From assembly GCF_018977255.1 (NCBI RefSeq), contig NW_024704743.1:22632001-22696000 (forward strand): a stretch of 64,000 bases of DNA. Direction: 5' to 3'. This document shows positions 36,775-50,654 of this stretch, piece by piece. Position 1 is the stretch's first letter; each line of letters starts with the position of its first letter. The position numbers and the translations under genes are program-made. Under the pieces are notes generated by a model. That model was not told the origin of the DNA, made no database searches, and worked only from the letters and a program-made list of their open reading frames with translations. This DNA comes from Callorhinchus milii. Taxonomy: Eukaryota.

Positions 36775-39510
36775 TTCTAGGCGACTTCAACCTCCACTTC
36801 ACCCCCTCTTGCTCCACCTCCTCAGACTTCTCCTCTCTCCTCTCCTCTCTCAACCTCTCCTTCCACATCCACTCTGCTACCCATGTTCACAGCCACCCGC
36901 TCAACCTGGTACTCACCCAGGGTCTCAGCGTCTTGGATGTCACCATCATTGACAAGGCCATCTCTGACCGCCATTTCATCTCCCTCAACTCCTATATCCC
37001 TCTCCCCACTGCCTCCAAACCTATCACCATCCATGGAAGAAGATCTCCCCTCAATCCCTCTCCGTTGCCGTGGAGTCCTCTGAACTCCTTCCCCTCTGAC
37101 CCACCTCCTGCACCAACCTCTGCCTTTTACTTTGTCCACAGCACCCTCTCCACCACACTCGACATCCTTGCCTCCCGAACTGCCTGCCTCCTATTCCTGA
37201 TCCTCACCCTGGTTCACCAGCCACCTCCACTCGCTCAAGGGTCAGGTGCGGGCTGCCCAACGCACTTGGCTCAAATCCGCTCTAATGGTCCACTGGCACA
37301 TCTGGCTGGACTACATCAAAACCTACTGCTCCGCTCTCACCTCGGCCAAATCGTCCTTCTACTCCAGGCTAATCGTGGAGGCAAAGGGCAACTCCAGGTT
37401 CCTGTTCTCCAACACAACCTGCTCCTCTGCCCTCCCCGCCACACTTCCCAGATTCTTTCCTCCGATTCCGACTGCAAGGAAATGCTGGACTTCCTCGAGT
37501 CCAAAATCGAGGGAATCCGCTCAGCTGTCACTGCCCTCCCAACCTCCACCCCTTCCTACCCACCCCCCCACACTCTGACCACTACCCATCCCTCCTTCCA
37601 CTCCTTTGAACCTGTCACCTCCTCCTCTGTCATCATCACCATATCGTCCATGAAGCTCACCACCTGCTCCCTGAACCCCATCTCCACCCCTCTCCTTGAA
37701 TCCCAGCTCCAACTCCTTGCCCCACTACTCACCGACATCATCAACCTCTCCCTGTCGTCTGGCACTGTTCCTACCCCCCTCAAAACAGCCACTATCACCC
37801 TCACCTTGAAGAAACCTTCCCTTGACCCATCACAGTTATCCAGCTACCAGGCCATCTCCCACCTCCCTTTTCTGTCTAATGTCCTTGAGAGAGCTGTTGC
37901 CTCCCAGCTTCGCTCTTTCCTTTCCTTCCACTCCCTCCATGAGCCCCTCTAATTGGGTTTTCGTGCTGCCCCCAACACGGAAACTGCTCTGGTCAAGGTC
38001 ACAAATGACACCCTGACCATGTGTGACCAGGACTCCCTCTGCCTCCACATACTCCTCGACCTCTCCGCCGCCCTTGATACTGTGGACCACTCAATCCTCC
38101 TCTACCTCCTCCCTTCCAACCTCAACCTTCAAGGTTCTGTCTTGACAGGTTCAGGTCCTACCTTTCACACCGCCTCCATTTCGTCTCAGCAAACGGCTTC
38201 GCCTCCAGCCCCCGCACCGTCTCTTGCGCCGTTCCTCAGGGCTTTGTTCTTGGTCCCCTCTCTTCACCCTCTACATGCTCCCCCTTGGTGACATCATCCG
38301 CAGACATGGGGTAAATTTCCACATGTATGCGGATGACACCCAACTCTCTCTCTACCTCGATCCTCAACTCCAGGACTACTGGCATCCTGCACGACATCAA
38401 GTCCTAGACAAGGGACAACTTTCTCCAACTGAATGTCAGCAAGACCGAGGCCCTCCTGATTGGCTTGTGCCAGCGCCTCTACACCTCGGGCACTGGCAAC
38501 ATCAGCCTCCACGCTGCACACTCAACCTCACTAAGCTGGTCAAGAACCTGGGTGTCTTGTTTGACAAGACTGAACAACAACAACAACAACAACAACAAGA
38601 TTCCATTTATAGAGCGCCTTTCACGTCAGGAGGACGTCCCAAGGCGCTGTACAGTTGGGTCATGACCCGAGCAGGGGGGAAATGGTCAGGGTGAGGGGAG
38701 GGAAGGGAGGAGAGAGGAGGGGGGAAATGGTCAGGGTGAGGGGAGGGAAGGGAGGGAGCGAGGAGGAGGAAGAAAGTCGAGAGGGGAGCTGAAGGCACGG
38801 TCAAAGAGAAACTGTCCTTTCTCCCCCACATCCGCGCCATGACCGGCACTGTCTACCACCACCTCTGCAACATTGCCAGACTCTGCTACTGCCTCACCCC
38901 TCAGGCTGCCGAAACCCTCACCCACGCATTCATCACATCAAAGCTCGATTATGGAAACTCCCTCCTCATCGGCCTTCCCAGCTCTTCCCTTCACAAGCTG
39001 CAGATCATCCAAAACTCTGCAGCTCGTGTACTCTCGTGCACCAGGCTCCGCGACCCCATCACTCCCACTCTCACCCGACTCCACTGGCTCCCCATCCCCC
39101 AGAGGATCAAATTCAAGATCCTCCTCCTCACTTTCAAAGTCATCCATGGCCTTGCCCCCTCCTGCCTCTCTGATCTGCTGGCTCTCTACCAACCTGCCCA
39201 CTCCTCCGTTCAGCGGGCTCTGGTCTGCTCCATGTCTCCCGACCCGTGCTTTCACCCTCTCTGCACCCACACTCGGGAACTCCATCCCATAATCCCTTCA
39301 CCTCGCTTCCTCCCTTGCCTCCTTTAAGGCCGGTCTCAAGACCCTCCTCTTCGATCGTGCCTTTGGTCACCCTTCCACCTCTCTGCCTTCCCTCACCCCT
39401 ACCACACCCCTCCCCCATGCTCGGGTCCTGACCCCTGACTGTCCAGCGCCTTGGGACATCCTCCCGACATGAAAGGTGCTCTATAAATGTCATTTTGTTT
39501 GTGTTTTGTG
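36775..39510 (+). mobile_element. Decayed L2-type LINE in intron 4, interrupted at about 38573-38810 by an antisense L2 3' end
   Basis: Continuous ORF2 remnants (IINLSLSSGTVP, TETALVKVTND, LLDLSAALDTVDH, YADD, LHWLP) resuming after the insert. Confidence 0.9.
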
Positions 39511-40092
39511 TTGTGTCTTGCTGTTCTGAAGTTCACAAGAAAAGGACTTAAATCATTTAGTAGATTGACTATGTTTATAAGAGCTACTTGTAGATTAGAA
39601 TTAACCCACAATAGGATATTAGGAATTAGGACACTCCATTTGAGTAATATGTGTTCACAAGTAGCTAATAATGGCAGGGAAATTCTCTTTTGCACATACC
39701 ACCAGTTGGTTCTTCTCCAGCTGAACCCCTTCACAAACAATCTAATCAACAGTAAGTTGTTGTTGTTGATAAACAACACACCATCAGGAAATGGCAGGCT
39801 GTTTGGTTACTGGCCTTTTCCCCCCCAGACTTCTGCAAAATTAAGATTGGTATTGTACCACTCCGACAATTTAATGGTGTTGTAAGTACTTTACCACATC
39901 TAGCGGTGGGAGGGGTGCATAGTGAATCAAAATATGTTATTAATCCATGTCAGGCAAGTTTTTTAAAATTTTTACCAAATGTGTCCATTAATTGCAGACC
40001 GTAACCAACGACTGGAGATCAGTAGAGCTGGGTGTCTTTGTCTTGTTGAAAGCTGTTCTGTTTGAATTTCTTATCCATTATCTCCATTGCAG

Positions 40093-40199
40093 CTACACAT
40101 ATGAAGTGTCACCTGTGTTCGTACTAATGGAAGATGCCGTTTTGAAGAAAATGAGGGAGTTCATAGGCTGGGCAGAAGGAGATGGTATCTTCAGTCCAG
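40093..40199 (+). CDS. GADL1: GADL1 exon 5 ([35 protein letters not shown])
   Basis: cag| ... |gtaaga, 107 nt; YTYEVSPVF motif. Confidence 0.97.
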
Positions 40200-42010
40200 G
40201 TAAGAAACACACCCAGCTTTATATATATATATATATATAAAGCTACCAACAACAATAAAGCACATGGTCATGATTTAACCTTCTGTTAAACCTTCTAAGT
40301 GACAGTGTACATTTGCAGCAATTTTGATAGATGCCATCTCTGGTGTGAAAATATGTATGGCCCAAGACAACAGCTATAGATGGTCAGGAAAAGTTCCATA
40401 ATATATTGTGACTGAATATTTGTCATTCAGAAATCAGTGTTCAGATAGTCTGCTAGATCTTCAAGCACAATGTTGGTTTTCAACTATATCCCCTGATTAT
40501 TCATTTAAGGGGCCTTAACTGACTTTTGAGCTCAACCTGTTCTTAATAGACAATGTTTGCCCATATTTGGCACAGATTCACTGGCACTCAGTCATACTCA
40601 TAGATTTAGCAATAGAACACTCCATCTACTGGAGATAGGGAAGGAAAAACAACCTAGGTCCAGTCAAATATCAATCCAGTCTTAATATTTGTAATGAGAA
40701 TACAATACGGTGGTTCTTCTGAAAGGATGAAGGAAGGATCAAGTTTGCCTACAAAGTACATAGTCACTACACTATACAGTTTTTACTAACCAGAAATTCA
40801 GCCCACAAATGGTAAATTGGCTGCCACGTTTAGCCCACAAAATACACACAATATAATCTATAAAGGGCTGAGATGTCTCAACGAAGTGATAAAGTGCTGT
40901 ATCAAATGCAAGGATTACTAGTATGATTATTTAATATTTCCTTGCTCATTATTTCTGAGAACTTATTCTCTTCCATTTAGAAAATCTATTCATCAAAGAT
41001 AATCTAATGAGAAAATTGCCTTACTCTGCAGACATCTCTTCTGCATGTTCCCGATACACTTTGCAGTAAGCATTCTGTGGCATTCTTCTTGTTCTTGACT
41101 TTGCCTGTGGACTTGGCAATCTTACTTAATAAAGGACGAGAAACTGCATCAGTCCTGAAGCTGATAAACTACTGACACAGCTCTTTTCTTTCTGTCCTGT
41201 CGAGAACCTTTCCAGTTCAAATTCTTTCTGTCCTGAGGCTTTGAAATGATAAATAGCCATTCCCCTATGAATATCTTCTCCTCAACCGTAACCATAAACT
41301 CTTCCACTCTCAGCAATTATTCTGATCCCAATGCTGCATCAGTATCTTGAAATGTACTTGTTTCCGCATTGGTCATCTTTCCCAAGGTCCTCACTCCCTG
41401 AAGTGCCATTTCAGCTGTCACAATAGAAATTTCTAAATAGTATATAAAATTAATCCCTTTCCAACTTACAAACTCCTACTCTCGCGATTATGGTCCATTA
41501 TGTACCAATTGCTAAAGCAGTGTTCTTTTCATTGCTGGAATTTCTCTTTATATACTAGGGACCGAACCTCATAATGTTACAAGCATTTTCCTCTACCATC
41601 CAGACTCCTGCGTCTTCCATTGTGTCATAATATCAGCCATAATTCAACAGTTTATAAGCATAAGTAGTTCTGCTGACATTACATAGAAAACGTTAAGCAT
41701 TTTATGGATTGTACAAAAACCAGAAATTGTTACCTTCTGTAATCTTAATTTTTTTTTACCAATGACACTAAATACAAATTTGCTGCTATTGGGGAAACAA
41801 GTACATTTCAATAATTATTATAATAATAATGATAATTTGGGGATTTGATATAAGAGCTTATTATGTCATTTCAATGTCCTAAAGCGCTTCAAAGGATTTC
41901 GCTGTAAACTGAAGTGACTGTGTATTTTTGGCATATTCCTTTCTGATCATTTCTGTTTCGCAAATATTTCCAGCCACATAATTGTTTTGTGTGTTCTCTA
42001 CCCCAAACAG

Positions 42011-42126
42011 GAGGCTCTGTGTCCAATATGTACGCTGTTAATTTGGCTCGTTACAAGTTTTGCCCAGATTTTAAGGAGAATGGACTTTCCGGTGTACCCC
42101 CTTTGGCGATGTTCACATCTGAGGAG
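42011..42126 (+). CDS. GADL1: GADL1 exon 6 (GGSVSNMYAVNLARYKFCPDFKENGLSGVPPLAMFTSEE)
   Basis: cag| ... |gtgcgt, 116 nt; GGSxSN PLP-binding motif. Confidence 0.97.
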
Positions 42127-43436
42127 GTGCGTGACACATTGTACAATCCACAAAATAGTGTCTGCTTGGACGTTTTGTTGATTTATGTTGGTTTCTGAGA
42201 CCCTGAATTTGTCATGGTCTTACCCTTAATATATTGTCCTAAAATCTACGATCTGGGAATGTTTTTGGAATGTTTTTATCATTTTAAATTGACGCTGAAT
42301 TTAAAAAAATATATTTTTAATGGGTTTTCCCTATTGCGTTCATATAAGAATAAAAAAACTAAACCCTGGAAGAAGACAACAACAACAAGATTATACTTGT
42401 ATAGCGCCTTTCACGTCGGGAGGACGACCCAAGGTGCTGAACAATGTACAGCATTTCAGACACAAGCTGGGGTCAGGTGGGGAGAAGGGGGGTGACCGAT
42501 GGCATGGTCGAAAAGGTTGGTTTTGAGACGAGACTTGAAGGAGGCTAAGGAGGGGGCGAGGTGGAGTGATTGGGGGATGGAATTCCAGAGGTTGGAGAAT
42601 TAAAAAAAAAGACAAGAGGAACCTGTAAATTCAGAAAAGGGGAAATCAATGTATTTACCTTCAGTACCATGTATATTTACTAGGCATCTGTGTACTTGCC
42701 CTGCAGGGTAATTTAATGCAAGTTGGTGGGTAGAGGACTGATCTCCAAAATCCTTGGAGGCCTGAGTGAGGCTGCTGGGAACTGTGGGTTGGTGGGTTGG
42801 GATTGGCATATTTCTTCCTGTTAAACCTGATTTGAACTAAAAGTTGTGATCCCTTCCTGGTGCTATTTGTTTTGCATAAAGGCTATTATGCTTCAGTCCC
42901 TTTAGGGAGTTTAAATGGTATGAGGCGGGGATAATGTGGGCGAGAGGGGAAGGAGGACTTTGGGGGAGGTGGTTTGGAGGGATCATCAGGAAAGGAAGAG
43001 AGCTCCTGGTCTGTCATGTCACTACCCCATGGGTGGTAGTGGTACAGCACTGGGTAAAGCCAATCTTACATAACTCGCTCCTTCCCTTGCCTCCTTCAAG
43101 GTGGTTCTCAAAACCCTCCTCTTCGACCAAGCCTTTGCCACCCTCCTACCCTTCCTACTCTCGACCTTCCCCGAGCCCGACCACCAGTTCAGGTCCAAGT
43201 CCCTGACTGTCCCAGCGCCTTGGGACGTCCTCCTGATGTGAAAGGCTATACAAATGTAATATTGTATCCTTAGCTGGATTATATTCATATTGTTTTCCTT
43301 CTTCAAACCAATTCAATGTAAAAGTTTTTTTTATTGCAGTAAGAGATAGATTGCAGTAATTTAATACAGTGCATCCATGACTAATTAACATTACTCTTAT
43401 TAACATTAATTAATAATTAATTAACATTATCTCCAG

Positions 43437-43516
43437 TGCCACTACTCTGTGAAGAAAGCCGCTGCCTTCCTAGGAATTGGGACCCGCAATGTCTATGTTG
43501 TCACTGCAGATGAGAG
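43437..43516 (+). CDS. GADL1: GADL1 exon 7 (CHYSVKKAAAFLGIGTRNVYVVTADER)
   Basis: cag| ... |gtaagg, 80 nt; HYS motif with the PLP-stacking His. Confidence 0.97.
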
Positions 43517-44497
43517 GTAAGGATTGTCGATGTTTAAGTCACATCTAAAGCATAACAAGTGATGGGCCCCACTCTCAAAACCATCATGGACCTACTCCAG
43601 TAGAACTGACTGATGCAGGGAACTTTTTCTCTGATTTTGTGCTGATGCTTTAGATTTTTTAGAGTTTTTAGCCAAAGTATTTGTAAATTATTCATCCCAC
43701 GTATCAGAACTGCAATTTGTCTCTTCCACTGATCTTCCATCATATACTCAACAACACTGATTTTTGACAGTGTTGAGTTAAGAGCTGTTTGTGAAGCAAA
43801 GCGCTTAAACTCTTCTATCTCTAAAACATGCTCCAAAAGTTTCTTAGTATTCTAGCCTAGTCCACTCCATCACCTCATCAGCCCCCTCTCCCCCTCCAGC
43901 AAACACAGTAAACGCACCACTATCACCTCCTCCCTCCCTGGTTAAATTGAACCTAAACGATTGAACCTAAACGACCACTGAAAAAAAAAGTTTAGTTGTT
44001 TAAAATTTGGTCACTCAATCCATGATTGATTGTGGGACACTACCGTGCACAATTGGCTGCCATGTTTCACCCACAAAATACACAGTCAATCCACTTTATG
44101 GTATATTCTATGGAGTCCTTTAAGACATCTCAACGATGTGATAAGGTTCTATATCATATGCAAGGATTATTATTATTAAATTAGGTTATGTCTTCAAGCC
44201 AATGTCTTGCCAAATTCTAGGCAGTATTTATCCCCTTGGAGTAATTCAAAATTGTTTAAGATCAAAGTCTCAAGATCCCATTGGTGAGGAAAACATCCAG
44301 AACTTCTGTTAAGGCCACTGTAATGTCTGGAAAATTAATTTGAAAATTACTCGAGGAACAGGGTTGAAAATTAAATGAGCTATCTTTAAGATGTGCTTAT
44401 CATTAACTAGGAATCCACCTATGTCTATTGTTGAGTGTGACTGTATTTAGTCACTCAAGATATTAATTAACCAAACTTTGTAATCTTAATCTTTTAG

Positions 44498-44552
44498 AGG
44501 TAAAATGATACCACAGGAGCTGGAGAAGGAAATCCAAAAAGCCAAGGCAGAG
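44498..44552 (+). CDS. GADL1: GADL1 exon 8 (GKMIPQELEKEIQKAKAE)
   Basis: tag| ... |gtgagt, 55 nt; phase consistent with exons 7 and 9. Confidence 0.95.
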
Positions 44553-45982
44553 GTGAGTACACAAGGAATCTAAAGGAAATCGTGGCACTTGTTCACTGAC
44601 ATGACTGATGCATTTGTTTTGTGTAAGAATTTTAGCAGAAACAGCTCTGGATCAAATTTTTTGACATGGTTTGGAGAGATTGGATTAATAAAGTGCATTA
44701 AATGAACAGGAAGCATTCCTCTCCTAAAAGCACTGACTCATGTTGGGGTACAGTTGTAGGTAATACGCCCTAATTATTCCCCCAACTGAGATCAACTAAC
44801 AACAGTCTGTAAAATGAACTGATAACCTTCAACTAGTTTGTTTGACTTAGTGTTGGACTGGTCAGTTCCTTTACCAACGAGGCCGTTGGGGGAGTAAATC
44901 CAGACTCTTTCTAATGCTGATGGGGATAAGAATTTCAAGTGGGAAAAATGTTTTAAAAATAGGAGGTTTTTTAATTAGAAACCAACAATATTCTTTACAG
45001 ATCTATTAATAACCCTGCAGCTGATTGTTTGCAAATATACTGCAATTTGTTGTTGTTGTTTTACTAAGTAGATTTGAATTCTGGACTTATCCTATTGCTT
45101 TTCCTTGTGCTTTTGTGATTCCCTGAGTTGTCTTATAAAAGCAAAACAATTATTCACTCAACCCATGAAGGCTCCACTTGTGTTGTTTCTCCACAATCTA
45201 ATCCCACTCTTTTACTCACTTTAACATTGCTTCTCTTCAAGTATCTATCTAATTCCTTTTTGAAATGATTCATGAACTCTATTTCAAAGCTTGCAAGATA
45301 GTGATATCAATGGCAAACTATGCTGGTTAGACTCAAGCCATACCCCAACACACACTCTGGAGTCACCAAGCCTTGGCTCCTGCCAATCTGCGTCTACTAC
45401 TTTCTGGAATTAGGTAAGCGGGATGTGTCCCTCCAGGGAGAGAGTGCGCCTTCCGTTCCAACAATCTATCTCTGGGATTTCCATGTGTAGGTGGGAAGCA
45501 TGGAATTATCAGTTTGGTTTGGATACTCTTAAGCACAGTGATGGATTTCTACATGTGCCAGACACCCAGATGCCAAAACAAAACCTGCAACTATGGTTTG
45601 TGGCAGAGAGTCCCACATTCCAACCATCCTCTGAGTAAAGAATGTTTATTCTCATCTTCCCTTTAATTCTTTTTGTGGAATATGTGTCCTCTCACTACCT
45701 AGTGGAAATAATCCAGCAGTTTCAGCAGCCTGATTATTCCTACTCAGGACACAACAGAGATATTAACCTGTCTTTTACTTTCAGTTGGTGATGGGGTTGC
45801 ATTTTCTATTTTGATTCATGTTTCCAGTATTCATGTACTTTTGATATCAGCTTTTTGGATTTTTTTTGTTTATATTAAGAAATATTGGGTTTCACAATTG
45901 CCCTGAAGGCAGGTAGATGCTCATTTGACACATATCTTCCAGTTATCATGTGAAATGAATGTTTTATGTGGTCACTCCTCAG

Positions 45983-46099
45983 GGATCTTTGCCTTTCTTA
46001 GTTATTGCCACTGCTGGAACCACGGTCCTCGGAGCATTTGACCCATTGAATGAGATTGCAAACATCTGCGAGGCACATGGACTCTGGTTTCATGTTGAT
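45983..46099 (+). CDS. GADL1: GADL1 exon 9 ([39 protein letters not shown])
   Basis: cag| ... |gtaagt, 117 nt; GTTVLGAFD and HVD motifs. Confidence 0.97.
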
Positions 46100-47427
46100 G
46101 TAAGTTTCTAATTAAATTCTGACTCATTTCATATTTTCTCCTTTTTATCAACTGTAAACAACTGCTTGTTTTTTTTAGAATTTTCCATTATTAGTCCACT
46201 AATTGCATTTAATTTATGGGTACATGGACACTATACCGATTCAATGAAGAAATGCATATTGCTGTAATGGAAAGATAGTAGGGTTGTTTTTCTGGAAGGA
46301 TGAGATAAATTGGCCAGCGTGATTCAATCCTCTTTTCTGCTTTCAACTCCATAATTTACATCTCCGCTTAACTTAACCCTTACCACATTTAGTATGGCAT
46401 TAAGCCTGACACTAACATTCAGTTGGTACCCGTTATTGCTACAGACAAATAGAGAAAGATAAATCTCATAATATTAAAACATTAATTGCTTTGTTTACTT
46501 TTCTAAACTAATTTTGCAGCATTTCTCATCAAGAATCTGATTAAGCAATTGCCCAGTTATATATGTTATGGATCTGTGACTGGTTCAGTATCAGTAAGTG
46601 TCAGCACTCTAGTTCTTGGGTCAGAAGGTTGTGGGTTGGAGCTTTGACATTCACGGCCTAGGCCAGGGGATCCCCACTGGTTGATCAACTCTAGGTGGGG
46701 CTCTCGCGCATTATCAAAAAGACAAGAGGAAGGAGCGATAGAACTGTCTAGTTATTGAGTCCAATTCAAAACAAAGCCAGGTACACAAAGTATTTCATGC
46801 ATCACGAAAGAGAAATATAAACTTTAATGTTTAAACTGTGGTAAATATCGCTTCTTCCTCTTGTTTTTATTGAGCATGTGCAAGACGCCACTTTGTGCCG
46901 ATTGACCAGTTGGATACCACTAGTCCAGGCTGACACCCCAGTGCAGAGCTGGTGTTGCATTGCTGGCTGTGCCGTCTTGCTGATGGGACGTTAAACCGAG
47001 GTCTTGTCTGCCTTCTCGGGTGGACATTAAAAATCCCACAAGACAATTGAAAAAGAGAAATGAGTTTCTCCTGGTGTCCTGGCCAACAATTCCCCATATA
47101 AAATTAGTCATTCACTTCATGACTTTTTGCGAGGCGTTGCTGTGCACAAATTGATTACAAATTGACCTCTGAAAAATATAGAGTACCACATTTGTCCGAA
47201 ATACCTTGTGAAGTGCTTTCAAACATTATAGGTGCTATATCAAATGCTGTATCAATTCTTTTATTATTATTATTATCAGTATTCCTTATTATTATGCAGT
47301 ATTTTAGTAAGGGTAGTTCAAACGATTATTGTTTTTTTTCCCCAAACCTACAAACTTATTGCAAAGTTTTCAATTTATACACAAGTTAGCCTTATAATTA
47401 CATGGTAACTTTCTCTTCCTCTTTCAG

Positions 47428-47492
47428 GCATCATGGGGAGGTAGTGCACTGATGTCAAAGAAACATCGCTTTCTTCTGAATGGTATCCACAG
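47428..47492 (+). CDS. GADL1: GADL1 exon 10 (ASWGGSALMSKKHRFLLNGIHR)
   Basis: cag| ... |gtaaat, 65 nt. Confidence 0.96.
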
Positions 47493-49224
47493 GTAAATGT
47501 AGCCATGTGAATTCAGTCACTACTAACATTATTAAATGAAAGGCATATTGTCATAAATTTTGCCTTTCAATGTAAGAATCTCGACCGTGCCTACAGTCAC
47601 CTCCCCCTCCCCCTGGCTCGGCGGCTTGCTCTGCCACTGTTGAGCTCTCTGGGACGCTGCCCTGCATGAGGGGCGTTATGTAAATGTAAGTTATTGTTGA
47701 AGAATATTCATTGTTAACCAGTGTCCGCTTTGAACTCTGCACAGTGCTGTAACTGGCAACACTGGTTAATCTGGAAGGATTCCTTCCATCCTTCAACAAG
47801 CCAAGTTATTTTAAGGTGATCACTGATGATAGCAATCTTTTTGCACACCCCATCATGAAGGCACAAGAAAATGATTGCTATATTTAGCGATGAATGTAAG
47901 TTGGACCCGAAAACATTTGCAGCTGTTGTTAGAAGTTTGTGCTCTTGAGCAATTGGACTTGAGCAGTAATGTGACTCTACTTGAACCCATTCCCCTCTTC
48001 ACCTCCCACGTGCTGTGCTCAAGATCATTTTACAGTACTTCGAGAAGGAATGATTTAAGAAATGTTTAAATATTTTCATTGTAACAAATAATAATAATAA
48101 GCCTTGCATTTGATATACAACAACAACAACTTGCACTTAAATAGCGCGCTCCATGCAGGGTAGCATCTCAGAGTACGTAACAGTGGCGGAGACTGACTCT
48201 GAGCTGGAGGCGGGCAGAGGCCAAAGGCACTGTCGAAGGGGAAGATGCCAATAGATTGTTTGTTGATCGTTTATATCAAGTTATAAACACCTAACAAGAT
48301 CTATACCTTTTGAAAGTTTGTTGAAAAATTCCTTTCTTTCTGCTGAATTCTAATTTTTAAACCATGCATGTAAGCAATCCATCTACTGATCTGAGCTAAT
48401 TTACTGGAACAATTGAGTCCAACAATAAGTAATCATCACCATACTGTGAACATCTGGATTATTTGCTGAGTCATGTACAGTTGCGTAGCAAAGCCTGACA
48501 AGTGGATGATATGCAAAGAAATGATTAACGTTTCTATCGTGGGAGTCTCGTGTAACAAAATCCCATTGTATCCTTAATAGCAAACCTGATTCTCACACCA
48601 AAAGTGTTGAAGTACACAAATAGGTCACAGTATTGAATTTAAGGACAATTTTGACCAATGAGAACTTTTTAGAAGAAGAACTAAAACATGTACCATGTCA
48701 CCTTATATTCTAGGCAAAATGTAAGTGAAAGTAAAATTATATATTTTTTATATATTATGTGTCCATTTTCACTTCATTGCAAGCTGTGAGAATGAACATG
48801 AAGGCCACCATAAATATATGCATTTTTGCATTTGATATAGCGCCCTATCACGTCTTCGAGACGTCTCAAAGCGCTTCACAGGATACACTGTAAAATGTGG
48901 TGACTGTGTGTTTTGTGGGCGAAACACAGCAGCCAATTGCTCACTGTGATGTCCCACAGTCGTGGATAGAGTGACCCCATTATTATTATTATTTTGTCAC
49001 CTAAACAGCCATAATTATCTGTGCCCCCTTTCCAGGGTACTCCTATGATCTTTTCAATTTCCTGCAACATAAGGCAGGCATTGTTTTAAGTTTAAATAAT
49101 TTTTTTTTATAGCCTCTCAGTTTTCTGTTTTTAGGTATTTTTTGAGAAACTAACCATTATGTCATGGAGGATAAGTCACTAATAGTGATGAGGTAGTGTT
49201 TGTTGGCCTCATAACCGCTCACAC

Positions 49225-50079
49225 TGGTCGACGCTTGTCATCATATTGGTATTGTGCTGCATATTCCAGGAAGGTTTCAGGCTGGGTCCCTGGCCTCAGT
49301 TATCGCACAGTAAACGATTGCCATGTGTTTTTACGTCTCTCTGTTTCTCACCTTTTTCTTCAGGGCTGACTCTGTTGCTTGGAATCCACACAAGATGCTG
49401 ATGGCTGGGATCCAATGCTGTGCTTTTCTCCTGAAGGACAGCACTGTGAGTATTCATTTCAACTTGCAATCAATCAGACCCTAGGGTTGAAGGAAAACAC
49501 TCAGAACTCAATCAGCCCAAAGGAAATTTAATGAGCTACTGCCTACTCTTGCTTGCTAAATCCTCAGAGGACTGACAGCTTTCTATACCTCTCAACTCAA
49601 GCATGGGGATTCATGTTGCCACCCTGCTCCTTGTGGACATGTCTGAACAAAGTGGCTGTATTAACATTGACTATTGGGATAGAAAACAGTCCAATTTAAC
49701 TATGTATTTTGTTTAAAGTCAAAGTGAATGCAAGTGATGTCTCCACTTGTCATTGTCAGTCAAGTGCACATAATGACTCTGTAGATGAAGTTGAGTGTAG
49801 TGACAGATGTGCTCTCAACTGCTTATTCAGGAGATTAGGTACATTACCAGTTAGAGTTCTGAATTATGCATCATGAGAAAGTGGATCATTTGCTGTTTAG
49901 TTGTTGGAAAATTTGTCATTCCACTGAAAAATTCTGAAGAAACAGACAGAAAATACCTGGTTGCTTTTTCCCAATATCCTTAAACTCATTTTATCTAATG
50001 GTTTTGCGTGTGGTCAACGCTTGTCATCATATTGCTATTGTGCCGCATATTCCAGGAAGGGTTCAGGCTAGGTCCCTGG
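49225..50079 (+). repeat. 69-bp direct repeat pair (49225-49293 and 50011-50079) flanking exon 11
   Basis: tggtc(g/a)acgcttgtcatcatattg...ggtccctgg, 5 mismatches by eye. Confidence 0.88.
49364..49445 (+). CDS. GADL1: GADL1 exon 11 (ADSVAWNPHKMLMAGIQCCAFLLKDST), carrying the PLP Schiff-base lysine
   Basis: cag| ... |gtgagt, 82 nt; NPHKMLMAGIQCC matches GADL1. Confidence 0.97.
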
Positions 50080-50599
50080 TATGTGCTAAGTGAAGATGGG
50101 GCCGTTACAATTGGCTTTAACACCCCTAGACAAGGGAGTAAAAGAATCAGCTTTGTGTTACTTTTCGGTGTCTAGGTATTCTATAGAAGTTTGGTTTTCC
50201 AATAAATACTATCAAGTATTTAATGTCTGGCTCTGTATTCTGCACTCGTGATAATTCAGAACAGGATTTATCTATAAATCTATACATTTTTCATCAGACT
50301 CTATTAGGAGAGTTTATAATCAAGGGACAGGCAGAGGTGATTTTCAACATAATTGTTTTCATCCAATTATAAAACTGGTGGAGAACGTTTAGTGTGCTTT
50401 GATGTTCCTCAGTTCCACAAGCACCATCTAGTGGCAAAGCACACAGTATGCATTAGAAGTTGTTTAATGACTAATATTAGTCATATTGCCATTGCACTAA
50501 GATGTCCCAAATATTACAAAATGAATTATTTTCTGTTTTAATCTAGTTTTCAATGTTTTTCTTCTCCTTATTTTTTTCTTCTATACATAGTGTGTGTGT

Positions 50600-50614
50600 A
50601 TAATATATATAATG

Positions 50615-50654
<40 letters not shown>
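50600..50654. repeat. (TA)n microsatellite
   Basis: Directly visible. Confidence 0.9.

Noticed and set aside
36933..39327. Intact reverse transcriptase gene, retron or domesticated RT
   Set aside because: ORF2 remnants are broken by stops, frameshifts and a nested insertion. The same holds for the other L2 and CR1 pieces.
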